Part shown: positions 56,840 through 64,000 of the stretch, one piece after another
Numbering within the stretch: position 1 is the first letter of the stretch
Layout of the letters: the number at the start of each line of letters is the position of its first letter
Notes under the pieces: generated by a model
Told to the model about the DNA's origin: nothing
Seen by the model: only the letters and a program-made list of their open reading frames with translations
Database searches by the model: none
Program-made: the position numbers and the translations under genes
Origin: an uncultured bacterium
GTDB lineage: Bacteria; Acidobacteriota; HRBIN11; JAKEFK01
Length of the DNA stretch: 64,000 bases
Reading direction: 5' to 3'
NCBI GenBank assembly: GCA_963777505.1
Contig: CAVZQN010000001.1
Span: 64,001 to 128,000, forward strand

Positions 56840-59716
56840 ATGTTTCACCTTACACTTACAAAGCAGGCATTGCGGCTGCTAATCCTATTAACCCTTCCTT
56901 TTCTAGCACTTTCTTTCATGCAAACAGAAGCCTCTGCGGAAAGCATGACAGTCTTTGCTGTAACAACGACAAATCAGCTTCTTGCTTTTAACAGCTCTAA
57001 TCCCGGGACAATTCTAAGTACAAAAAACATTACAGGTCTTCAAAATAATGAAACGATTGCGGGAATTGATTTCCGGCCATCCAATTCAATGCTTTACGCA
57101 ATCGGAAGTTCTAGCACAGTCTATACAATCAATACGGCGACCGGTGCCGCGACTGCGGTAGGCGCAGCATTTACGCCGGCACTTTCCGGAAACGATTTCG
57201 GAGTCGATTTCAATCCCGTTCCTGATCTAATCCGCATCGTAAGTGATGCCGAACAAAACTTACGTGTCAGCCCGGTGACCGGAGCTTTGGTAATGGCGGA
57301 TACGACACTCGCGTATGACGGCACCGATCCAAACGCTGGCGCCAATCCGAATTTGGTTGCTGCCGCATATTCCAACAACTTCTTCGGAAGTGCGGTTACA
57401 ACTTTGTACGGCATCGATTCCGATCTTGATGTTCTGGTGACGCAAGGAGGTCTTAACGGAACTCCATCTCCAAATCTTGGCGCTCTTTTTACGGTTGGGG
57501 CATTGAATGTCAATGCAACTGGAATCGCAGGATTTGATATTGCTTCAAACGGCGCAGCCTTAGCTGCTTTGAACTTAAGTGGTGAATCAGTTTCGAAACT
57601 ACATTCAATAAATCTTGCAACTGGCACAGCAACTTTGATCGGTACGATTGGTGGTAGCGGCACGATTCGAGATATCACCGTAGTTGTGCCGCAGGCTCCG
57701 CAAGCGTATGCAGTGACAGTCAACAATAATTTGCTGTCATTTAACACAGCGGCGCCTGGAACAATTCTCAGCACCGTCGCAATTACAGGATTGCAATCGG
57801 GAGATTCAATTGTTGGAATCGATTTTCGTCCTGCCACTGGCCAGCTTTACGCCATGGGAAGCAATAGCAATTTGTATACGATTAATCCGCAGACTGGAGC
57901 TGCGACACAAGTTGGAACCACATTTGCTCCTGCGTTGAGCGGGACAAGTTTCGGTTTTGATTTCAATCCAACAGTGGATCGTATTCGTGTTGTCAGCGAT
58001 GCAGAACAAAACCTGCGACTGAATCCTGTTACAGGCGCGGTAGTCATGGCTGATTCAGCTCTTGACTACGATGCAGCGGATCCAAATGGCGCAGCTGATC
58101 CAAATATTGTTGCTGCTGCGTATACCAACAACTTTTTTGGTTCAACATCTACGACTCTTTTCGACATCGATTCGAATCTGAATATTCTGGCAAGACAAGG
58201 AGGTCCCGGCGGGAATCCTTCACCAAATCTTGGCGGACTTTTCACAGTGGGTGCATTGGGTGTGGATCCTACAGCAATTGCAGGCTTCGACATCGCTTCC
58301 TCTGGTGCAGCCTTTGCAGCTTTGCAAATTAATGGCGAAACAGTTTCAAAATTGTTCCGCATCAATCTTGTAAATGGCGCGGCAACTTTAATTGGCGCAA
58401 TCGGCTCAACAGATTTGATTAGCGACATAGCAATTGTTTTGCGTCAAGCACCGAATGTTTATGGAATTACAAGCACAAACAATCTCGTTTCATTTAACAG
58501 CTCCGATCCGGCAACGCTCTTAAGCACAATTGCTGTCACAGGTTTGGTGTCTGGAGACAATGTCGTAGGCATTGATTTCCGTCCTGCTACGGGTCAATTG
58601 TATGCGCTTGGCAGCTTGAGCAATCTGTATACGATCAATTTGCAAACAGGCGTTGCCACTCAAATTGGAGCAACCTTTGCAACACCATTAACAGGAACAG
58701 AATTCGGTTTTGATTTTAATCCTACTGTAGACCGCATCCGTGTAGTCAGCGATTCGGAACAGAATTTACGGCTGCATCCTGTCACAGGTGCGGTAGTAAT
58801 GGCAGATTCAGCATTGGATTATGACGCAAATGATCCAAATGATGATGCGGATCCGAATATAGTTGGCGCTGCGTATACAAATAACTTTTTTGCAACGACT
58901 GCAACAACGCTCTACGATATTGATTCCGACTTAAACATTCTTGTAACTCAAGGTGGTCCAGGCGGCAATCCTTCTCCAAATCTTGGCGGATTGTTCACCG
59001 TAGGCTCACTGAATGTGAATCCCTCCAGTACTGTCGGATTTGATATTTCCGGTACCGGCGCAGCCTTTGCAGCGATCGTACTTGAAGGCGAAAGCGCTTC
59101 AAAATTTTATTTCATCAATCTTTCAACCGGTGCAGCAACTCTGATTGGATCGATTGGTGGAACAGATGCGATGCGCGATATCGCAGTCGTACTGGATCGC
59201 GAAACACTACTTGCGAATAATTTTGATGATGGAACTTTGGATTGGAATGCGCTGAAAGGTAACTGGCAAGAAACGGGTGGCGCGCTTGTTTCGATTAGTT
59301 CAAAAGGAACTATTTTTGCCTCCACACCATGGTCGCCTTCCGGATTGTCTGACTGCAGCATTTGTACGATAGAAGTTGACATGCAAACGAGTGGTGGTCC
59401 AAATGCGCGGGTTACTTTGCAAGGATGGTTTTTGAATGGACGTAACCGGGTCGATTTAATTATGAGAGAAGATAAAAATGTATGGATGCTCAGACAGCGC
59501 TCAAACGGCGCATTGGTAGCTAAAGCGAAAGCATCTGCAACAATCGATCCGAATGTGAACTACCATGTCTTGCTAAGTTTTGATGGAACAAACTTTCAAT
59601 TAATTGTTGATGGTGCCGTTCTCTTTACGGTTCCTGCAGGCGCCACGCCATCAGGAAATGTCGGATTTAAAGTTAAAAATACGACAGGAACATTTCAAAG
59701 CATCACCATTTACTGA
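56840..59716 (+). CDS. Secreted protein with three tandem DUF4394-like domains and a C-terminal beta-sandwich
   Basis: Signal peptide; three roughly 250-aa repeats with GIDFRP, DFNPxxDxIRxVSDxEQNLR, AAYTNN, TTLYxID, GFDI. Confidence 0.85.
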   Translation: MFHLTLTKQALRLLILLTLPFLALSFMQTEASAESMTVFAVTTTNQLLAFNSSNPGTILSTKNITGLQNNETIAGIDFRPSNSMLYAIGSSSTVYTINTATGAATAVGAAFTPALSGNDFGVDFNPVPDLIRIVSDAEQNLRVSPVTGALVMADTTLAYDGTDPNAGANPNLVAAAYSNNFFGSAVTTLYGIDSDLDVLVTQGGLNGTPSPNLGALFTVGALNVNATGIAGFDIASNGAALAALNLSGESVSKLHSINLATGTATLIGTIGGSGTIRDITVVVPQAPQAYAVTVNNNLLSFNTAAPGTILSTVAITGLQSGDSIVGIDFRPATGQLYAMGSNSNLYTINPQTGAATQVGTTFAPALSGTSFGFDFNPTVDRIRVVSDAEQNLRLNPVTGAVVMADSALDYDAADPNGAADPNIVAAAYTNNFFGSTSTTLFDIDSNLNILARQGGPGGNPSPNLGGLFTVGALGVDPTAIAGFDIASSGAAFAALQINGETVSKLFRINLVNGAATLIGAIGSTDLISDIAIVLRQAPNVYGITSTNNLVSFNSSDPATLLSTIAVTGLVSGDNVVGIDFRPATGQLYALGSLSNLYTINLQTGVATQIGATFATPLTGTEFGFDFNPTVDRIRVVSDSEQNLRLHPVTGAVVMADSALDYDANDPNDDADPNIVGAAYTNNFFATTATTLYDIDSDLNILVTQGGPGGNPSPNLGGLFTVGSLNVNPSSTVGFDISGTGAAFAAIVLEGESASKFYFINLSTGAATLIGSIGGTDAMRDIAVVLDRETLLANNFDDGTLDWNALKGNWQETGGALVSISSKGTIFASTPWSPSGLSDCSICTIEVDMQTSGGPNARVTLQGWFLNGRNRVDLIMREDKNVWMLRQRSNGALVAKAKASATIDPNVNYHVLLSFDGTNFQLIVDGAVLFTVPAGATPSGNVGFKVKNTTGTFQSITIY

Positions 59717-59724
59717 TGTAATTA

Positions 59725-59749
59725 GTAGGGGCGGGTCTAAGACCCGCCC
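59725..59749 (+). repeat. GTAG-type REP hairpin
   Basis: GTAG-GGGCGGGTC-TAA-GACCCGCCC; a second GTAG hairpin (GTAGCGGCCTTCGGCCGC) lies on the minus strand at 14581-14598. Confidence 0.7.
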
Positions 59750-59809
59750 GCATCTTTCTCTCTGTCTTTGTGGTTCAAAACTTCCTATGATTTATTCAAG
59801 GAAATTACT

Positions 59810-60763
59810 ATGGAAAAACCACAAATTACTTTACCCGAAGTTGATGAAGCAAGTATCACACTCATCGTAGACAACTGTGTTGATCTGCTGATGGCAAGCA
59901 CTGATATAGCAAAGCGTTTTCGATTAGGCGAGAATCCTTTTGAACGACTCTTGCCTGTTGCAGAGCACGGCTTTTCGGCTTTGATTCGCGTACGCAAAGA
60001 AGAGCGTAAAGGTGTAGTACTTTTCGATACTGGTGTTACTAAAAAAAGTATTTTGCATAATTTGGATACTCTGGAGATCGATGCAAAGGACATTCAGGCA
60101 ATCGTTCTAAGTCATGGACATCCCGATCATGCCATGGGATTGCCAGGCCTTGTCGATCGGCTTGGTTCGCGTAACGTACCGTTAGTGCTTCACCCGGATG
60201 CATACCTGGAACGAAAAATAGTTCTACCCGATGGTTCACAAACGAATCTTCCTGCGCCACGCACCGCAGATTTCCGCCGCGAAAATATCGAGATCATTGA
60301 AGAACCTGGACCTTCCATGCTTGTTGATAACATGATTCTCGTTTCTGGTGAGGTAAGCCGAACAACTTCATTTGAAAAAGGATTTCCGATTCATTACTCA
60401 AATCGCGCGGGATCCTGGGAACCAGATCCTTTGATCATGGATGATCAGTGTGCCGTAGTGAATGTGCGCAACAAAGGTCTCGTAATTCTTACCGGATGCG
60501 GACACTCAGGGATCATCAACATTATTAACCACGTACAAAATCTCACTGGCATAAAAAAGGTACATGCGGTTGTAGGTGGCTTTCATTTATCCGGCAAGAT
60601 TTTTGAACCAATTATTCCAGCAACTGTTTCGGCGTTGAAAGAAATTGATCCGGATGTGGTGATGCCAGGCCATTGCAGCGGCTGGATTGCTCAGCACAGA
60701 ATCGCGCGCGAAATGCCTGACGCTTACGTTCCGAATAGTGTTGGGACTACACTGCTGTTTTAG
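59810..60763 (+). CDS. MBL-fold metallo-hydrolase (7,8-dihydropterin-6-yl-methyl-RFAP synthase-like family)
   Basis: LIVDN, AEHGFS, LFDTG, LSHGHPDH, TGCGHSG, GGFHL, PGHCSG. Confidence 0.88.
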   Translation: MEKPQITLPEVDEASITLIVDNCVDLLMASTDIAKRFRLGENPFERLLPVAEHGFSALIRVRKEERKGVVLFDTGVTKKSILHNLDTLEIDAKDIQAIVLSHGHPDHAMGLPGLVDRLGSRNVPLVLHPDAYLERKIVLPDGSQTNLPAPRTADFRRENIEIIEEPGPSMLVDNMILVSGEVSRTTSFEKGFPIHYSNRAGSWEPDPLIMDDQCAVVNVRNKGLVILTGCGHSGIINIINHVQNLTGIKKVHAVVGGFHLSGKIFEPIIPATVSALKEIDPDVVMPGHCSGWIAQHRIAREMPDAYVPNSVGTTLLF

Positions 60764-60792
60764 TTTTGCTTTTGATTTGATGCTTGCCGCAT

Positions 60793-60819
60793 GAACCCCC
60801 AGTTGATTACCGGGGGTTC
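60793..60819. terminator. Hairpin between convergent genes
   Basis: GAACCCCC-N11-GGGGGTTC. Confidence 0.55.
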
Positions 60820-60838
60820 GAAGCAGTTTTCATTTAGA

Positions 60839-63800
60839 TCAGGCATATCGAATTAAAGTTCGTTGATCGGCTAATACCGCACTCATTTGAGGATTCGTGA
60901 TTGCAGCAATCAAATCTGGTGATTGTTCTGGACATTCAGAGCTTTCTATCAGATATTCAGCCATCGATTGAATGTCCGCACCAAAACGCTTTTGCAGCTC
61001 TCGTGTGGATTCTTCGAGTTTTTGGAACTGTTCCACTTCATTTTGAACATGTGCGATTCGGCTCAAGTTCGCATGATACGCATTTAACGACTTTTGCCAG
61101 TCTCCAGTTGCAAGGTGCGCAAGCGCATTAAACATGGCAAGCTGATCAGCGACTCCGCTGGTCAATGGATTTTTCTGCAATTCTTCAATTGCGCGCTGAT
61201 AGTCACCACGCATCATGGATTGAATGAGTGGTTGGCCTGCCGCAAGCATCCCGGAAAGAGCTGTGCTATCAATTCCGTTAACATTATTTAAAGCTGCGCG
61301 AAGATCGCCGTTTCCCAGCGCTCCAAGAAAGCGGCTTCCTGAACGTGTAAGATCCATAACAGATTGAAGGGCATGAGACTGGACGAACTGATCCGCAACT
61401 GAAGAAACTTGCGACATGGATTCCGAAAGTCCAGAGTTTGTCATTCCATTGAGAAAGCCTGTTACGCCATCTTTCCCTTGCAAAGCTTCAACAACTTGCT
61501 GTGTACTACCACTGCCCATTGCTAACAGCAGGTTCGATGATTGAGACATTGCTTGAGTAAATGCAACAGCCGCAGGTCCAGAACCTAAGAGTTCTTGATT
61601 TGTTATCAAGCCGCCGAGTGCTTTGCTATAGTCGCCTGTGCGCAATCCTTCAATAAATTTTGCACCATCGTTCACCATTTGTAATGCTCTTGCTGCATCA
61701 GGATTATTGGCAACTAAGGGACCCAGCTCACCTGTAGCTATACTTAGCGCTTTACTCATATCTCCGCTGGCAATTGCATTAAAGAATGGAACTGCTTTCG
61801 GCCCATATTGCATTACGCCTTGCACAATCGGATTTTGAACAACGCCTTGTACTGCTGGATTGCTGGAGAGTGGACCTAGCATGCCGCCGGCTGCTCCGAA
61901 AACAGCTCCGGCGTCACCTCTGATGATACCGTCAGCCGTTCGAATTCCAGTTTGAGCATAGTTGAGTGCTGTTGCACTTCCACCGATTCCAGCTATTCCT
62001 GCCATTCCAGTTAAACCGCCAAGGGCACCAACAACATTTCCTTCCGCAATCGATGTACCTACTCCGATACCTGCCTTGACTAAGTTGCCTCCGGTTTTAA
62101 TCGCAGCTCCGGTTGCGCCACCAATTGCAGAACCCAACCCCGGAACTACGCTTGCGACGCTTGAAAACATTCCCAGTACATCACCTTTGGCCGCTGCAAC
62201 GATCGCCTTCACTCCGAAATAAACACCACCGACGACCTGTCCAACTCCAGGAATTAAACTAGCGATCCCCGCAGCGATATCCGCGATAAAGCTGAAACTA
62301 TTCACAAAGTCCTCAGCAAAACTCGGTGGAACAGGGAACATGCTCTTGTAAGTTGACCCAACGTTATCGAGATGCTGCGCATAAGCTCCGGTCGCATTAT
62401 CAAATTTTGCAATTCGTGCGCGCAGTTCGTTTGCTTCTGGACTATTCGGCCCCAATGTCCGCTCAATCACAGCGAGTTGCTGCTTCATTGGTTCAACAAT
62501 CGCTTGGCTATAGCCAGCCATTTCTTCAGCACCTTTTGTATGGATCTGTCCCATTCGTTGTGTCACGAGCGTTTTCATTTGCTGTTCAGTCAGACCATGT
62601 TTCTTTGCTAGCGCTTCCATGTGCACCGTTACATATTTCTCGCGAGCCTCCTTCAAATCCAGGTCGTTCTGCTTCGCATATTCATTCACCTTCTTATCGA
62701 AGTCAGGATCGCTTGTAACTTTATCTGCTTCTGCGGTGAGGCTGGTCCAATCCAGCATCGGTTTTCCATTCAGTTCCCGTGTACGGTTTTCAAGTGCAAG
62801 CTCATTCTTTGACTGAGGATCCCAATCGATGTCGTACTTTTTATCTTGCATATTTTTATCAACAGTCTGTTTTGCTTTCGCACCGGCTTGCATCAGTGGA
62901 TCTTTGTCGTTCGGATCGAATTGATGGCTTCCATCAACTTGACTGAGCTCAGCCTCGGTTGGCTTGCGAGTTGACGTATACTTCGCTTTTTTTTCTGGAT
63001 CAGCAAGTACGCCCTGATATTTTGATGCTTCCGCTTTGTCATCGGCCATATCCGTTCGATCCCAAGCGCCATAAAGCCGGTTTGTATTTACGCGGCTTTC
63101 TTCGAAGTCCATGTCCTTCAGAATTGCTGGACCGCCTGCAAGTTTGACTACTTCATCAAATTCTTCTTTGCTGGTGCAACTCTTCAAAATCCTGTTAATC
63201 GCTGCATCCTGAGAATCTTTTGTCCAACCGCGTTGAAGCTCTACGATCAACTTCGCCTTTTCAGTTGGTGTGGCAACCTTCATTGCATCTCTGTCTTCGG
63301 ACAATTTGACCGCAAGAGCTGAGTCTTCTTTAACTGCTGCCTGATTAATCTCGTCCCGTTTCTGTTTTACGACTTCGGGTGCGATGCCATCATAACCAAG
63401 TGCCGGCATGTTAAAACGTTTTGCTACTGCATCAAGCCGCTTGAGCAACTCAGGATCCTTAATCTGATTCTTGAAGTCGAGACCACCAAGCTCCGCCGCA
63501 ACTTGTTTTGCTTCTTCGGGTGTTTTGCATTTTTCTAACAGGCTAATTCCATCTTTGCCGGACTCACCTTGCGCTTTGTTCCATTTACTTTCATGTTCAC
63601 GAAACCAGGTTTTTGCCTGGTCATTTTCAAGCTCTTCGAAAACTTTATGCCCTCCGCTAAGATGCAGAACCTGGTCCCATTCAGCTTTGGAGTTAACACT
63701 ACCCATGATCCTGGCGATTGAGCACTCCTCACTTCCATCTGTACTTCCGTCCATCAGTTGACGAATTAGTTTGGCTTTTTGCTCAGGAGAGAGTTTCGCC

Positions 63801-64000
63801 AACAACTTTGGATCGTTAGAAATCGCTTCGGCACCACCATCATCGGCCTTCGCAATTAAGGCATCTATATATTTTTGGTCAGCTTCCGAAAGTTTTGGCT
63901 GTTTCGAGTCTTCGGGTTTAGTGAGCCCTCCACCTGCTCTGAGCTTTTTCGCTTCATCAAGAAGCTCCTGACGTACTTCTCCACCACTGGAACTCGATTC
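60839..64000 (-). CDS. Large hypothetical protein (over 1053 aa, 5' end outside window) with helical repeats and a Gly/Ala-rich hydrophobic C-terminal half
   Basis: Frame is open to base 64000; charged helical N-part, hydrophobic IAAGIASLIPGVGQVVGG segment, repeated xxGDxxxA motifs. Confidence 0.8.
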   Translation of the reverse strand, partial: ESSSSGGEVRQELLDEAKKLRAGGGLTKPEDSKQPKLSEADQKYIDALIAKADDGGAEAISNDPKLLAKLSPEQKAKLIRQLMDGSTDGSEECSIARIMGSVNSKAEWDQVLHLSGGHKVFEELENDQAKTWFREHESKWNKAQGESGKDGISLLEKCKTPEEAKQVAAELGGLDFKNQIKDPELLKRLDAVAKRFNMPALGYDGIAPEVVKQKRDEINQAAVKEDSALAVKLSEDRDAMKVATPTEKAKLIVELQRGWTKDSQDAAINRILKSCTSKEEFDEVVKLAGGPAILKDMDFEESRVNTNRLYGAWDRTDMADDKAEASKYQGVLADPEKKAKYTSTRKPTEAELSQVDGSHQFDPNDKDPLMQAGAKAKQTVDKNMQDKKYDIDWDPQSKNELALENRTRELNGKPMLDWTSLTAEADKVTSDPDFDKKVNEYAKQNDLDLKEAREKYVTVHMEALAKKHGLTEQQMKTLVTQRMGQIHTKGAEEMAGYSQAIVEPMKQQLAVIERTLGPNSPEANELRARIAKFDNATGAYAQHLDNVGSTYKSMFPVPPSFAEDFVNSFSFIADIAAGIASLIPGVGQVVGGVYFGVKAIVAAAKGDVLGMFSSVASVVPGLGSAIGGATGAAIKTGGNLVKAGIGVGTSIAEGNVVGALGGLTGMAGIAGIGGSATALNYAQTGIRTADGIIRGDAGAVFGAAGGMLGPLSSNPAVQGVVQNPIVQGVMQYGPKAVPFFNAIASGDMSKALSIATGELGPLVANNPDAARALQMVNDGAKFIEGLRTGDYSKALGGLITNQELLGSGPAAVAFTQAMSQSSNLLLAMGSGSTQQVVEALQGKDGVTGFLNGMTNSGLSESMSQVSSVADQFVQSHALQSVMDLTRSGSRFLGALGNGDLRAALNNVNGIDSTALSGMLAAGQPLIQSMMRGDYQRAIEELQKNPLTSGVADQLAMFNALAHLATGDWQKSLNAYHANLSRIAHVQNEVEQFQKLEESTRELQKRFGADIQSMAEYLIESSECPEQSPDLIAAITNPQMSAVLADQRTLIRYA

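Noticed and set aside
57121-59382. Long antisense ORFs opposite the DUF4394 gene, and similar shadows at 18751-19059, 23531-24043 and 33490-34101
   Set aside because: They mirror the sense frame of well-supported genes and lack RBSs or motifs.
1-64000. Selenoprotein genes with in-frame UGA
   Set aside because: All split genes are explained by frameshifts rather than UGA, and no UGA at a Cys-equivalent position was noticed.

Overview
Moderate-GC bacterial chromosome segment. Gene content (Hanks kinases fused to TPR or TolB-like propellers, a split atp operon, a TonB receptor with an N-terminal carboxypeptidase-regulatory-like domain) suggests Acidobacteriota; this is inference. Recognisable blocks: an aa3-type cytochrome c oxidase operon with maturation genes, led by a blue-copper lipoprotein (1.8-9.4 kb); tRNA-Sec followed by an orphan modA (19.4-20.5 kb); rpsA-ihfB-HIT, two acyl-CoA dehydrogenases, a split B12 mutase of isobutyryl-CoA type, manC and a GGDEF gene (26.6-36.6 kb); and nuoL-nuoM followed directly by atpZ-atpI-atpB-atpE (41.7-47.1 kb). 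No CRISPR array, integrase or transposase is visible. Least explained signals: (i) three effector-like proteins with no visible Sec/Tat signal, one with a His/Cys dyad behind a sigma28-type promoter; (ii) a Cys-rich YkgJ-like enzyme with a PqqD/RRE-like tail beside a small protein with three tandem 22-aa repeats; (iii) dense intergenic 7-, 8- and 9-bp-period arrays in inverted pairs plus GC-rich REP-like units, some nested, some bracketing whole genes and some translated into proteins. Six single-base frameshifts in five otherwise intact genes are most simply assembly errors. All calls are by-eye motif recognition; no database searches were run.
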